Notes: a model not told the origin generated them from the sequence alone. A stretch of 64,000 nucleotides of DNA from an uncultured Solirubrobacterales bacterium (GCA_963811155.1 CAWEQQ010000011.1:5138-69137), one strand, 5' to 3'. Positions 1-12,369 are shown, numbered from the stretch's first letter. Numbers and translations are program-made.

Positions 1-245
1 TCGTCACGCACCTCGGCGACGACCCGCTCCGCGCCGCGTGCGAGCTTGCAGCCGAGATCGCGGCCAAGTCCCCGGATGCGATCAGGGCCGCCAAGCGCCT
101 CTACGACGAGGCCTGGACCGGAGCGCCGGCGCAGACCTTGGCGCTCGAGGCTTCGCTCCAGCTCGGAATCGTCGGCAAGCCAAATCAGCTCGCGGCAGTC
201 ACCGCGGGCGTCACCGAGCAGGCGGCCGAGTTCGTCGACCCCTAA
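1..245 (+). CDS. Enoyl-CoA hydratase/crotonase family protein, C-terminal part (5' truncated by window)
   Basis: Frame 3 reads ...AAEIAAKSPDAIRAAKRLYDEAW...NQLAAVTAG..EFVDP*, a typical crotonase C-terminus; stop TAA at 243-245. Confidence 0.7.
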   Translation, partial: VTHLGDDPLRAACELAAEIAAKSPDAIRAAKRLYDEAWTGAPAQTLALEASLQLGIVGKPNQLAAVTAGVTEQAAEFVDP

Positions 246-282
246 GCGCCCGCGCAGGAATAATTGATCGTCCGGATGCGGC
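246..282. repeat. Truncated end of miniature inverted-repeat element (type of 58494-58717)
   Basis: TAA-gcgcccgcgcaggaataattgatcgtccggatgcggc resembles TAA-gggcccgttcagaaataattgatcgtccg...cggatgcggc at 58491 onwards. Confidence 0.55.
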
Positions 283-333
283 TTGCAGCCGGTGACTGTG
301 CCGAGAGCCGGAAGCGACACGGCGGCTGGTGGA

Positions 334-404
334 CTGGGGAACAGGGACTCGAACCCCGACTTCGACGTCCAGAGCGTCGCGTGCTGCCATTACACCATTC
401 CCCA
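334..404 (-). tRNA. tRNA-Gln(CTG)
   Basis: Acceptor stem TGGGGAA/TTCCCCA, anticodon arm CGACG-CTCTGGA-CGTCG, T-loop GGTTCGAGTCC; CCA is not directly encoded. Confidence 0.95.
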
Positions 405-467
405 ATGCCACAAAGGACACTGCTTTGCTGGGACCCGAGTATAGGTCGAGAGGCCCAGCAGCGCCGG

Positions 468-1154
468 CTATGCGTGACCGCCGGTGGGTCCGTAGCCGTT
501 GGGCGCGAACTGCGGTGTGATCTCCGATTCGAGCCCCGGATCGAGGATCAAAAGCACCTGATCGCCGGCCTCGATCACCGAGTCGGCCTTGGGGACGAAG
601 CCCGAACCGCCGCGCAGAACCGAGATGATCAGCGACCCGTCCGGGAGGACCACGTCCTTGACGCGGCTTCCCGCCGCCGGTGAGCCCTCCCCCACCTCGA
701 GCTCGATGATCTCCAGGTGTTCCTCCTCGAGCGCAAGCAGCTGGACGAGGCCGTACTCGGGCACCTCGTGCTCGATCAGGCGCAGGATCAGGTCGGTTGC
801 CGACACCGCCGGCTGAATCCCGAGCAGCTTGAAGTGCTGCAGGTTGCGGGGATTGTTGACGCGGGCGACGATCCGCTGGACGCCATAGCGCTCCTTGGAG
901 ACCTGGCAGATCAGGATGTTGTCCTCGTCATCGCCGGTGACCGCGATCACGAGGTCGGCGCGCGCGATTCCGGCTCGTTCGAGCACCCACAACTCGGTCG
1001 CGTCGCCGTACTGCACAGCGTGCTCGAGCTCCTCCTCGACGACCCGGTAGCGGCTGTGATCAGACTCGATCAGCGTCACCTCGCGGTCCTTGGCAATCAA
1101 TTCCCTGGCGAGGTTCCACCCCACCTTTCCAGCCCCGGCGATGATCACGTACAT
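468..1154 (-). CDS. trkA: TrkA family K+ uptake NAD-binding protein (RCK_N + RCK_C)
   Basis: MYVIIAGAGKVG, GDATELWVLERAGI, VTGDDEDNILIC, and a C-terminal RCK_C region. Confidence 0.9.
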   Translation of the reverse strand: MYVIIAGAGKVGWNLARELIAKDREVTLIESDHSRYRVVEEELEHAVQYGDATELWVLERAGIARADLVIAVTGDDEDNILICQVSKERYGVQRIVARVNNPRNLQHFKLLGIQPAVSATDLILRLIEHEVPEYGLVQLLALEEEHLEIIELEVGEGSPAAGSRVKDVVLPDGSLIISVLRGGSGFVPKADSVIEAGDQVLLILDPGLESEITPQFAPNGYGPTGGHA

Positions 1155-1170
1155 CTGCTTGCCGACCCCC

Positions 1171-1593
1171 TCACGGCGCCAGCGCCAGGTTCGCCGCCAT
1201 ATCGATCGCTTGCTGTGTCGGGCAGATGGTGAGCAGGCCCTGCTCGGAATACCAAGCGGCCCGGCCCGGATCGGCAACCCGCACGACGACGCGCGGGACC
1301 TTGAACCTTCGCTGTGCGATCTGAGCGATGACCAGGTTCGTGTTGTCTCCGCTCGTCGCCGCGATGAACACGTCGGCCTCCTCGATCCCGGCCTCGATCA
1401 GCCCGTCGATCTCGAGCGCCGTGCCGACCGTGAACCGCCCTCCCGCATCCTCCCAGGTGGTCGACTGGTCCTTGTCGAGCCGCTCATGCGAAAGCGGATC
1501 GCTGTCCATCACCGAGACCTCGTGGCGCGCATCCAGGGCGCGCTTGGCGAGGGCCGACCCGACCCGGCCACAACCGATGATCAAGATGAACAT
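1171..1593 (-). CDS. trkA: TrkA-N (RCK_N-only) K+ uptake protein
   Basis: MFILIIGCGRVGS...ATSGDNTNLVIAQIA. Confidence 0.88.
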   Translation of the reverse strand: MFILIIGCGRVGSALAKRALDARHEVSVMDSDPLSHERLDKDQSTTWEDAGGRFTVGTALEIDGLIEAGIEEADVFIAATSGDNTNLVIAQIAQRRFKVPRVVVRVADPGRAAWYSEQGLLTICPTQQAIDMAANLALAP

Positions 1594-1906
1594 GGACTGG
1601 ACTCTAAAGCGTGGATGGCGGCGGCTGCCGCGCCAGGAAACACTCGCGCCGTGGCCGCGAGCACGGCGGGCTGTTCCAGGACCCCATCAAGCTAGTGGCA
1701 TCGCGCTTGAGCAGATCGGCACGCACAAGCTCGAGATCGCACCCTCTGCGGACGCGGAGACGAGCAGCGCAGACCGCGCCCACCACGCCTCGCCCGGCAA
1801 AGCTGCGTAGGTGCATGCCGCGTTCAGGGGACTCGCGTGACCCACGACCACGTCACAAACTGCATCACGCGAGCCCGTCCCCTGAACGGGGCGGCACCGG
1901 AGCTAA

Positions 1907-2064
1907 GGGCTCCCGCGAAAATTACTGCCGGCTCCGACGGCGTCTGGGCGCGCCTGGCGCCACCGGCTCGCCCTCACTTGCCACCAGCAATATCGGGGCG
2001 AGCCGGCGGCGCCAGCCACGCCCAGCCACTCGCCGGATTCCGGCATTAATTTCCGCGGGAGCCC
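1907..2064. mobile_element. 158-bp miniature inverted-repeat element (type A)
   Basis: TIR GGGCTCCCGCGAAAATTA / TAATTTCCGCGGGAGCCC, TAA on both sides (1904-1906, 2065-2067), near-identical copy at 16024-16240. Confidence 0.85.
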
Positions 2065-4124
2065 TAAGTAATTATGGGGATGATCAACAGTGCGACGATG
2101 TTTGCGACCTTGATCATCGGGTTGATCGCCGGCCCAGCGGTGTCCTTGTAGGGATCGCCTACGGTGTCCCCGGTGACTGCGGCCGCGTGCGCCTCAGACC
2201 CCTTGCCGCCATACGCGCCGTCCTCGATCAGCTTCTTGGCGTTGTCCCACGCGCCACCGCCCGAGGTCATCGAGATCGCCATGAACAGGCCGACGACGAT
2301 CACGCCGATCAGCAGTCCGCCGAGCGCCTGGACGCTGATCAGCCCAACGATCAACGGGACCAGGATCGGGATCATCGCCGGCAGGATCATCTCGCGCTGC
2401 GCGGCGCGCGTCACGAGCCCGACGCAAGTGCCGTACTCCGGCTGCTCGGTGCCCTCCATGATCCCCGGTTTCTCGCGGAACTGGCGGCGCACCTCCTCGA
2501 CGACCGCGCCGCCGGCGCGCCCGACCGCCTGCATCGCCAGCGACGCGAATAGGTAGACCATCAGGCCGCCGATCAGCAGGCCGATCAGCACCGGCGGGCT
2601 GCCGATCGCGAACGTGTACTTGATCCCGACCTCGCGCTGGAACGCGTTGAACAGCACGAGCGCGGCAAGCGCGGCGGAGCCGATCGCGTACCCCTTCGTG
2701 ACCGCCTTGGTGGTGTTGCCGACCGCGTCGAGCGGATCGGTGACGTTGCGCACCTCCTCGGGCAGGTCCGCCATCTCGGCGATCCCACCGGCGTTGTCGG
2801 TGATCGGTCCGAACGCGTCGAGCGCGACGATCAGCCCGGTCAGCGACAGCTGCGCCATCACCGCGACGCCGATCCCGTAGATGCCTATCCCGCCGCCCCC
2901 GGCCAGCTTCCAGGCGCCGAGGATCCCGAACGCGATCACCAGCGCCGGCGGCGCGGTCGACTGAAAGCCGGACGCGAGGCCCTGGATGATGTTCGTCGCG
3001 TGACCCGTCTGAGACGCCCGGGCGGTGCCCTTCACCGGCCCGAAGCGCGTCGAGGTGAAGAAGTCGGTGATCACGAACAGGCAGGCGGTAACGGCGATGC
3101 CGATCAGCGAGCACAGGTAGAGCTTCCACCAGTGCGGCGCCGTCCCGGCCACTGTCAGCTTCAGCGTCAGGTCGTGCATCATCCAGTAGGTGATCGGGAG
3201 GAACGCGAGCGCGGCGAGCAAGCCCGAGGTGATCAGCCCCTGGTAGAGCGCGCGCTCGACGTTCCCGGCCGCCGACCGCACCGCGAACGTGCCAATGATC
3301 GAGGCGATGATCGACAGCGCGCCGAGCACCAGTGGGTAGAGGGCAACCGCCGACTGCTGGCGGAACAGCAGCACACCGAGCAGCATCACCGCGACCGCCG
3401 TCACGGCATACGTCTCGAACAGGTCGGCGGCCATGCCGGCGCAGTCGCCGACGTTGTCGCCGACGTTGTCGGCGATCACCGCCGGGTTGCGCGGATCGTC
3501 CTCGGGAATCCCGGCCTCGATCTTGCCGACCAGGTCGGCGCCGACGTCGGCGGCCTTCGTGAAGATGCCGCCGCCGAGGCGTGCGAAGACCGAGATCAGC
3601 GAGCCGCCGAAGCCGAGGCCGATCAGCGCGTTGATGGCGTTGCGCTCGCTCTCACCGACGATCCAAGTGAGCACGCCGTAGTAGCCCGCCACGCCGAACA
3701 GTGCGAGCCCGACGACGAGCATCCCCGTCACCGCCCCGCCGCGGAACGCCACCCCGAGCGCCTTGGCGATGCCGCCGCGGGCGGATTCGGCGACGCGCGC
3801 GTTGGCGCGCACCGACACGTTCATCCCGATGTAGCCGGCGGACGCCGAGAGCAGCCCTCCGATCAGGAACCCGATTGCGACCCGGATGTTTTGGATCGGG
3901 ATCAGGACGATGAACAGGACCACGCCGACGCCGGCAATCGTGGCGTACTGGCGGTTCAGGTACGCGCGGGCGCCCTCCTGCACCGCGGCGGAGATCGAAC
4001 GCATGCGTTCGTTGCCCGGTGACAGCGCGAGCAGCGACTGCGAGGTGAGAACGCCGTACACGACGGCGGCGGAGGCGCACACGAGCGCCACCAGGACGCC
4101 GTGATGCGTCAGAAAGCTAGACAA
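2064..4124 (-). CDS. hppA: Membrane-bound H+-translocating pyrophosphatase, predicted K+-independent
   Basis: [48 protein letters not shown]; GNTTKA carries the Lys of the K+-independent class. Confidence 0.95.
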   Translation of the reverse strand: MSSFLTHHGVLVALVCASAAVVYGVLTSQSLLALSPGNERMRSISAAVQEGARAYLNRQYATIAGVGVVLFIVLIPIQNIRVAIGFLIGGLLSASAGYIGMNVSVRANARVAESARGGIAKALGVAFRGGAVTGMLVVGLALFGVAGYYGVLTWIVGESERNAINALIGLGFGGSLISVFARLGGGIFTKAADVGADLVGKIEAGIPEDDPRNPAVIADNVGDNVGDCAGMAADLFETYAVTAVAVMLLGVLLFRQQSAVALYPLVLGALSIIASIIGTFAVRSAAGNVERALYQGLITSGLLAALAFLPITYWMMHDLTLKLTVAGTAPHWWKLYLCSLIGIAVTACLFVITDFFTSTRFGPVKGTARASQTGHATNIIQGLASGFQSTAPPALVIAFGILGAWKLAGGGGIGIYGIGVAVMAQLSLTGLIVALDAFGPITDNAGGIAEMADLPEEVRNVTDPLDAVGNTTKAVTKGYAIGSAALAALVLFNAFQREVGIKYTFAIGSPPVLIGLLIGGLMVYLFASLAMQAVGRAGGAVVEEVRRQFREKPGIMEGTEQPEYGTCVGLVTRAAQREMILPAMIPILVPLIVGLISVQALGGLLIGVIVVGLFMAISMTSGGGAWDNAKKLIEDGAYGGKGSEAHAAAVTGDTVGDPYKDTAGPAINPMIKVANIVALLIIPIIT

Positions 4125-4193
4125 GAAGGTCCTCCGGGGAAGCTCTTAGATGACGACGGCGCGCGTGAGCACGGCCAGCAACGGAAAACGACG

Positions 4194-4237
4194 AAAACGA
4201 AAAGGGCCCGCCGCCCCTAATCTTCGAGCGGAGGCCC
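4194..4237 (-). terminator. Intrinsic terminator-like hairpin upstream of hppA
   Basis: Minus strand GGGCCtCCGCTC-loop-GGGCGGcgGGCCC followed by TTTTCGTTTT. Confidence 0.55.
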
Positions 4238-4359
4238 GGACTGGGGAAGTCTAGCGTGCGCGGCGGCAGGACGTGCGCCCCACGTTTACTCAGTCACCCG
4301 CTGACGACTCTTCGGCGATGGTCGCCGCCTGCGCCGCAACGGCTCCAGCCGCGGCCGAG

Positions 4360-4859
4360 CTACTGGCGGGGCACCCACAGCCGCCCGCTGCGCTGGGCGG
4401 GCCCTGGCTCGCCAGGCTTCGGCGGCGGTGGCTCGGGCGCTTGGCGCCGGCGGGCGCTTGCGCGCCGGCGGGCGCGGGGTCGCCAGGCGGCGCACTGGCG
4501 GCCTGCGGGCCCGCTGCAGGCGCCGAGCCAGAGGCACTCGCCTCAGGCGCCGGCGCCCCCCCGATCCTGACGAACGCCAGCTGCAGCTGGGAGAGCGCGT
4601 CGCGGATCGGCCGCGCCTGCGCCGGCGCGGACTGCTCGACCAGTGGCAGCGCGGCGCGGATCGCCTCGATTGCAAGCCTGACCTGGCCGGGATCGCGCTC
4701 GGACTCCGTGCCGGGTGCCAGCCCGGTTCGCCGCATCCCCAGGTTGACGAGCGTCACCACATGCTCGACGAGCAGATGCTCGACCCGGACTTTCTTGATC
4801 TCGGCCTCGTAGGCCGCGCGCAGCTCCTCTTCGGAGGGCTGGCTCTGTCCAGTGCTCAC
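4360..4859 (-). CDS. Conserved hypothetical protein (DUF1844-like helical domain + Pro/Ala tail), frameshifted
   Basis: SD GGAGGTGA, GTG start, ...EQVRLAIEAIRA-like segment and IRDALSQLQLAFV; the C-terminus GPAQRSGRLWVPRQ* is in another frame. Confidence 0.6.
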
Positions 4860-6039
4860 CGTGTCACCTCCGCGGTACATCCAACGGCTGGAGCATACGT
4901 GTCTCGCGTCTGCGCGACGCTCGTTGCGTAGATCTCGGCGGAGGCCGACGCCCGCATCGCTCATCCGCCGCTGCCGTTGCGCGCCGTTGAGCTCGGGCAG
5001 CGCGACCTCGATCCCCAGTTCCGCGCGCGCCGGCGCAGACCACTGCAGCAACCGCTCGACGGTCTGCGAAGCGGGGAACAGCTCGCCTCGCTCGAGATCG
5101 ATCAGCTCGCCGTCGAGTCCGTGACGGACGGCCCGCCAGACGTTCTCCTCGATCAGTGTGTCCCGGCGGGTCGACGAACGGCACCGAGCCGTCGATGTCG
5201 CGCGCCGCCTGCGCCACGCACGAGACGATCAGCGCCGCCAGCCCCTCGGACTCGACCGCCGTGCCCTGGGCGTCGCAGATCCTGACCTCAACCGTCCCGA
5301 ACGCAAAGTGCGGCCGGACCGACCACCACACCTGGGTGTACTCGACGATCGAGCGGGTCCGGGCGAGAAACTCGATGTACGCCGCGTACGCGTCCCAGCT
5401 CCCGAACGCGTCCGGAACGCCGCACCGCGGGAAGCTCTTGGTGAAGATCTGCGTGCGCGCGCTGTGCAGCCCCGTGTCGCGACCGTCGAGAAACGGCGAG
5501 TTGGCGCTCACCGCGAGCAGCAGCGGCAGCACCGGTCGCAGCCGGTCGCACACGAGCACCGCCCGGTCGGCGCCGCGGATCCCGACGTGAACGTGCAGCG
5601 AGAAGGTGTTGTTGCGCCAGGCGACGTACTTGAGTCCCTCCTCGACGCGCCGATAATGCTCGGTGTCGATGATGTGCTGCTCGCGATAGTCAGACCACGG
5701 ATGCGTGGCGGTCGCGCCGAGGGCGATGCGGCGCTCGGCCGCAAGGGCGAACAGCCGCCGGCGGCGATCGCGTTGCGCGGCCGTCGCCGCGGCCAGGTCC
5801 TCGCCGCGCCCGGATCGGATCTCGACCTCGGAGGAGATCAGCTCGCCGGCCAGCGACTGCGACAGAACCGGGTCCGGCGATGCGGCGTCGCTGAGCTCGT
5901 CGAACCGGGAGCTCAGCCCGAGGTCGGTCGCGTCGAGCAGCGCGAACTCCTCCTCGAGTCCGACCGTGAAGTCGGTGGAGGCGTCGAAAGCCGCGCGGGC
6001 GCTGTCAAGGGCTAAGGCCACGACCTCTGAACGGGCCAT
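4856..6039 (-). CDS. Glutamate--cysteine ligase (GCS2/YbdK family), frameshifted
   Basis: FTVGLEEEFALLD, SLHVHVG, LLAVSANSPF, WWSVRPH..GTVEVRICD; indels near 5160 and 4940. Confidence 0.85.
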
Positions 6040-6709
6040 TAGGTGAGGTAGAAGTACAGCGCGTAGAGGAGGTCGACGGCTGGACTCGAGGTATGGACCG
6101 TGACCTCCGGCGGGACGTGGAGCAGCGCGTCGGAGTAGTTGAAGATGATCTTCACGCCGGCGTCCGCGATGTCGTCGGCCAGCGGCTGCGCGGCCAATGA
6201 GGGGACCGCGAGGACCGCCACGACGATGTCCTCGTCGTCGATCACTGCGCGCAGCTCGGAGTTGTGGCGCACGGTCAGAGGGCCGATCTTGCTGCCGACC
6301 TTGTGCTGTCGACGTCGAACACGGCCACAACCCGGAAACCGTGATCGGCGAAGATGTCCGAGGTCGCGATCGCGGTCCCCAGATGGCCGGCGCCGAACAG
6401 GGCGATGTTGTGCTGTCCGGAGGTGCGCAGGATCTTACGGATCTGCGTCACGAGCGACTCGACGTTGTAGCCCACCCCGCGCTTGCCGAACTTGCCGAAT
6501 CCCGACAGGTCGCGGCGGATCTGAGTCGAGTTCACGTGCGTATAGTCGGCGAGCTCCTGCGAGGAGATCGTCTCCTTGCCCATCTTGCGTGCCTGCGTGA
6601 GTACCTGCAGGTAGCGCGACAGCCGCGCGGCGACGCCGAGCGAGAGCTTCTCCCCCGGCTTGTCGATGCCCGGCTGAGCCTCGGTATCGCGACCGACCGT
6701 ATAGCTCAT
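6039..6709 (-). CDS. rex: Redox-sensing transcriptional repressor Rex, frameshifted near 6305
   Basis: RLSRYL, ISSQELA, QIRRDLSGFGKFGKRGVGYNV, GAGHLG; C-terminal half in a second frame. Confidence 0.9.
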
Positions 6710-6979
6710 CCGGACCCCACTCTACTAGCGCCATCGCGGCTCGGGAAGGTTCGATCAGGCGCTCTAACTCGGCCTCGTCGACGAACAGCTCGAACGCCTC
6801 GACGCCGTCGATCGTGACCACCGGGATTCGCTCGAGGTACGCGCGCAGCAGCGCGTCGTCGCGGTCGATGTCGCGCTCCTGTAACGCGAATGGGTGCTTG
6901 GCGCGCACCCGCGCCAGCACGGCCCGCGCATCGTCGCACAGGCAGCAGCCCTCGCGCCCATACAGGATCACGGTCTTCA

Positions 6980-6980
<1 letters not shown>
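6706..6980 (-). CDS. Glutaredoxin-like protein (DUF836 type); 3' end uncertain
   Basis: LYGREGCCLCDDA CxxC motif and ERIPVV. Confidence 0.75.
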
Positions 6981-7980
<1,000 letters not shown>

Positions 7981-7984
<4 letters not shown>

Positions 7985-8467
7985 CCAGATGCCGACGACG
8001 TCGAGGCCGTCGTCTCAGCGGTTCGCCACATGATCACCGCGTCCTCGCCGGTGTCGTGGTAGTAGCGGGGCCTCGTGCCGGCCGAGCGGAACCCAAACCG
8101 CTCGTAGAGCGCGATCGCGATCGCGTTGGAGGTCCGGGCCTCGAGCGTGAACGACTGCTCGCGCCCGGCGCGCTCGAGCATCTCGTCGCAGCAGCGCGCT
8201 CGCGATTCCCTGCCGGCGCCTGGCCGGGTCCACCGCGATGTTCATCAGGTGCCATACCTGGTCGTAGCGCGAGCAGATCAGGTACCCGAGCACCTTGCCG
8301 CCACGGTCGCCCTCGACCGCCGCCAGGCACACGCCGGAGGGCTTGGAGAGCTCCAGCACGAACATCGCCAGCGACCACGGCGTCGGGAACGCACGCCGCT
8401 CGATCGCGATCACCTGCGGCAGGTACGAGTAGGAGAGCGGGCGGATTCTGATCGGCGAGCTGGTCAT
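7981..8467 (-). CDS. rimI: Ribosomal-protein-alanine N-acetyltransferase, frameshifted
   Basis: IERRAFPTPWS, HLMNIAVDP.RRRQGIA, LEARTSN..AIALYERFGF..RPRYY...EDAVIM. Confidence 0.88.
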
Positions 8468-9189
8468 TGCGGGGTGACGGAACGGCGGGCGATCTCGGCG
8501 TCCGGGAGGCGCAGATACTCAGGGCGGACATCCTCGGGGGCGCCGGCGGGCCGGCCCCCAGCGAGCCGGCAGTGGTTGGCTGCGCTGACCCTGTGTAGCT
8601 CCGAACCGTCCGGCGGGACACGCGATCCCGAACGCTCGAGCACCTGCCTGAATTCTACCGCCCCGTCGCCGATCGCCAGCACGCTTGGGCCCAAGCCCAG
8701 CTCGCAGACGCGCGCCGCAAGCGCCTCGGGGGTGAACGCACGCTGCGCCAGCAGCATCGGCTCGCCGCGTTCGAGGTCTCGCGCACGCCAGGCCGCGGCG
8801 AACACTTCGCCGCGGCGTGCATCGAGCACGGCCAGCACGGACTCGAGTCCGGCGAGCGGCGCGCGCCGGGCGTTGAGCGCCAGCGACTGGAGCGTCGAGA
8901 TTCCGACCAGCGGGATCGACCGCGCCTGCGCGAGCGCGCGCGCGGTCGCGATCCCGATCCGCAAGCCCGTGAACGTGCCAGGGCCGACGCCGACCGCGAT
9001 CCGCTGCACCTGCGCCCAGCCGATCCCAGCCTGCGCCAGCAGCTCGGCGATCAGTGCCAGCAGGTGCGTGGCGTGCCCGGACCGCTGCCCGGGCGACGGG
9101 TCGTCTCGCGCCTGGAGGATGTGGTCTTCGCCCAGCGACAGCGCGACGGTCGTCGCCCGGGTCGCGGTGTCGAACGCCAGGACCCTCAA
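8464..9189 (-). CDS. tsaB: tRNA t6A biosynthesis protein TsaB
   Basis: VLAFDTAT, GVGPGTFTGLRIG, LDARRGEVF, PEYLR. Confidence 0.9.
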   Translation of the reverse strand: MRVLAFDTATRATTVALSLGEDHILQARDDPSPGQRSGHATHLLALIAELLAQAGIGWAQVQRIAVGVGPGTFTGLRIGIATARALAQARSIPLVGISTLQSLALNARRAPLAGLESVLAVLDARRGEVFAAAWRARDLERGEPMLLAQRAFTPEALAARVCELGLGPSVLAIGDGAVEFRQVLERSGSRVPPDGSELHRVSAANHCRLAGGRPAGAPEDVRPEYLRLPDAEIARRSVTPQ

Positions 9190-9609
9190 CCGATCTCCAC
9201 GACGCGCCGGTTCTCGCCGGCGTGCCGGATGCGAACGTGCGCCGCGATCCGGGCAAAGCGAGCGACGGTCGCGTACCTCACCCTGCGGCCATTCGACGAA
9301 CGCGATCCTGTCGGGGCCGAGGTAGTCGGCGAGCAGCTCCGGGTCCTCATCGGCGAGCGCCGGAACTCGGAACAGGTCCAGGTGGGAGACCGGCACGGGC
9401 GCCGGATAGCGCTGGCCGATCGTGAACGTCGGGCTGGTGACCACGGCTCTCACTCCGAGCGCTCGGCATGCCCCGCGCACGAACGTGGTCTTGCCGGCGC
9501 CCAGCTCCCCCTCCACGAGCACCACGTCGCCGGCGGCCAGCGTGGCGGCGAGCTCGGCTCCGAGCGCCTCGGTCTGCGCAGCGCTGCTCGTCTCCAGGCG
9601 GCGCGGCAT
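9186..9609 (-). CDS. tsaE: tRNA t6A ATPase TsaE, frameshifted near its 3' end
   Basis: GELGAGKTTF, VTSPTF, HLDLFR, FVEWP. Confidence 0.9.
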
Positions 9610-9693
9610 CGACGCAAATGTAGACAAGCCATAGCTCGGGCTGAGGGCGCCCGTGCACCGAGCCTCCGCCGTAATCGGTACCGTGATCGTGCA

Positions 9694-11069
9694 ATGACCA
9701 CACGCGTAAGCGAACCAGCAGGCCGGATGGCTGGCGCTAAGAGCGCGATACGAGCCGTCGCTTGCCGCCTTGCGCGGCTCCGATACCGCCAAGGCGGCCG
9801 GTCTCGCCGGCGCGATGATCGCCAACAACGTGATCGCGCTCGGATCGACGATCGTGTTCGCGCGGCTGCTGTCGGACTACGCGTCGCTTGCGGCGCTGGT
9901 CAGCTACTTCCTGATCCTGTCGGTCGCCGGACAGGCGATTCAGGTGGCGACCGCGCGCGAGGGCGTGCTCGGCCATCTCGGCGTCGGCGCCGGATTGGCC
10001 GCAACGCTGCGGCGGTGGATGTGGTCTTGTTGTGGTTCACGCTCGCGATGACGGTCGTCTCGATCCTGCTCCGCGATCCGATCGCGCAGGCGGTCGGCGT
10101 CAAGCACGACCAGTGGGCCGCGGCGATCGGCCTGCCGGCCGGATGCCTGTGGATCGGGCTGTCGATCCTGCGCGGCGCGCTGCAGGGCGTCGGCGACTAC
10201 AAGTCGGTCGGCATCAGCCTGATCGGCGAGCAGAGCGCGCGGCTGGTATTCGGCGCCGCGCTGGCCGCCGTCGGGCTGGGCGTGACCGGGCGCCTACCTC
10301 GGCACCCCGATCTCGTTCATCGCGATGGGGGTCTTCTGCGCCGTCGCGCTGCGGCGCGAAGTCGAGAAGGTGAGCGCGGCGGAAGCCGACGCCGGCGCCG
10401 TCGCCGCCGCGCGGCCCGCCCCGCACTCGGCCTGTGGACGCACGTCAAGCGCGCGTGGGCGCCGATCGCGGGCCTGATCGTGATCGCCGTGCTGCAGAAC
10501 ATCGACATCATCGCCGCCAAGCACCGGTTCACCGGGACCAAGGATCTCGCCAGCTCGTACGCGGCGACGGCGGTCGCCGCCAAGGTGCTGATCTGGGTCG
10601 CGATCGGCGCGAGCTTCTACCTCGTGCCCGAGGTCTCCCGGCGGCGCGCGCGAGGGCGAGGACACGCGGCCGGTGCTGGCGCGCGCGATCGCGATCATCC
10701 TCGTCTGCGCGGTCCCGGTGCTGCTGATCTTCGCGTTCGGCGCCCGCCAGCTGTTGCGGATCGCGTTCGGCGCCCCACCGCCTCGAGGCGTCGGACTCGC
10801 TGCTCGTGCTCGGCCTGGCGTTCACCGTGCTCGCCTGCACCTACCTCGCGATCCAGTACATGCTGGCGCTGAAGCGAACCTGGTTCTTGATCGCGCTCGG
10901 CGCGGTGGCGGTCGCCGAGCCGCTGCTGCTACTACAGGCGTCGCGCAAGCCGAGCGGCTTCGCCGCCGTCGTGCTCGCCGTCCAGGCCGTCGGTGCGCTG
11001 CTGGCGTTCGCGCTCGCGCTGCGGCGCGACCGCCCGCACCCAGCGGCCGCGGTCGCCGAGCCTGCGTAG
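9694..11069 (+). CDS. Polysaccharide/oligosaccharide flippase-like multi-TM protein, several frameshifts
   Basis: Hydrophobic segments over three frames, LRGALQG, QNIDIIAAKH; Wzx/MATE-like layout; start uncertain. Confidence 0.65.
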
Positions 11070-11153
11070 CTACTGTCCCCCCGGATAAACGTCTACATCG
11101 CGCGAGCGATCACAGTAGGGTCACAACCGTCAACCCCACCAATGGGAGGTGAG

Positions 11154-11360
11154 ATGGCGGTCACGAAGATCATCGAGCTGGTCGGCAGCTCGCACACGAG
11201 CTCCGACGATGCCGTCAAGGCGGCGCTCTCGGAGGCGTCGGCGACCCTGCGCAACATCAAGGCGCTCGACGTGGTCTCGGTCGGGCTGCGCGGCGACAAC
11301 CTCGACGAGTGGCGCGCACTGGTGCGCATCTCGTTCCTGGTCGAGCGCGTCAGCGAGTAG
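11154..11360 (+). CDS. Dodecin family flavin-binding protein
   Basis: VTKIIELVGSS..SSDDAVKAALSEASATLRNI...RISF; SD GGAGGTGA. Confidence 0.85.
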   Translation: MAVTKIIELVGSSHTSSDDAVKAALSEASATLRNIKALDVVSVGLRGDNLDEWRALVRISFLVERVSE

Positions 11361-11396
11361 CTCGCAGCGCGCGCCGATTGCTTCCGGGGGAAGTAA

Positions 11397-12095
11397 TTAG
11401 AACAACCCGAGTTGTGCCGCCGGCTCCGGCACGGCCACGGCCGGCGGCTCCTCGGGCTCGGGGTCGGGAATCGGCTCCACAATCGGCACGGCCGGCTGCG
11501 GCTGCGGTGGCGCACCGAGCGCCAGCAGCTCCGGAATCCGGTGAAAGTCGGCCCGAAGCGCCTCGAGCGTGGACGCCGTGTAGAGCGCGGCGGCTGGGTG
11601 ATACAGCGGGTACAGGCGCACCGCGCGAGGCCCGATCACCCGGACCTCCTCGCGCCCATGGAGCCTCGTGATCCCGGTGGCGTCGGCCCGCAGCAGCTTG
11701 GTCGAGAAGTTTCCGAGCGTGCAGATGACGGTCGGCTCGATCAGCTCGATCTGCCGGCGCAGATAGTTGCTGCAGGCCTCGATCTCGTTGGGATGAGGAT
11801 CGCGGTTGTCGGGGGGCCGGCACTTCAGGACATTCGCCACGAATACGTCCTGGCGCATCATCCCGATCTCCGCCAGCAGCTTGTCGAGCAGCTTGCCCGC
11901 CTGCCCGACGAACGGCAGCCCCATCCGGTCCTCGTTGGCCCCGGGCGCCTCGCCGATGAACATCAGGTCGGCGTCCGCGTTGCCCGAGCCGAACACGACC
12001 GTCGTGCGGGTCTGGTGTAGCGGGCAGCGCCGGCACGCCCGCGCCTCTTCATAGACGGCCTTCAGCAGCTCCCGGCGCTCGCCAGCGGTTCGCAT
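11397..12095 (-). CDS. Family 4 uracil-DNA glycosylase
   Basis: [37 protein letters not shown]. Confidence 0.92.
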   Translation of the reverse strand: MRTAGERRELLKAVYEEARACRRCPLHQTRTTVVFGSGNADADLMFIGEAPGANEDRMGLPFVGQAGKLLDKLLAEIGMMRQDVFVANVLKCRPPDNRDPHPNEIEACSNYLRRQIELIEPTVICTLGNFSTKLLRADATGITRLHGREEVRVIGPRAVRLYPLYHPAAALYTASTLEALRADFHRIPELLALGAPPQPQPAVPIVEPIPDPEPEEPPAVAVPEPAAQLGLF

Positions 12096-12369
12096 CGCGG
12101 CTGCGATGGTAATCGCGGCGCAGGACGATTCGGGACCCCGGCCGCCGGTGAACGGCGCAATCAGCGAGGAAAGCGTGCAGGGATCATGAGCCTGGCACCA
12201 GCCGCCGCAACTGCCACCGCACGATGTGTGAACGCCACAGAGCGCCGCGGAAAAGTACGGTTACGACGCGGTTTTCGGGTAGCTATTCTGATCATCCGGC
12301 CGTCACGTTACCCCGGACGGACCGCAAGCCCAACGCCTCTCTTCTTCAACACACCGACCGGTATCTCAC

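Noticed and set aside
1604-1816. 70-aa ORF between hppA and trkA
   Set aside because: No motif, SD or convincing composition; left uncalled
8464-9828. Apparent TsaE-TsaB fusion
   Set aside because: The TsaE C-terminus and a TTGA stop/start overlap at 9186-9189 exist in another frame
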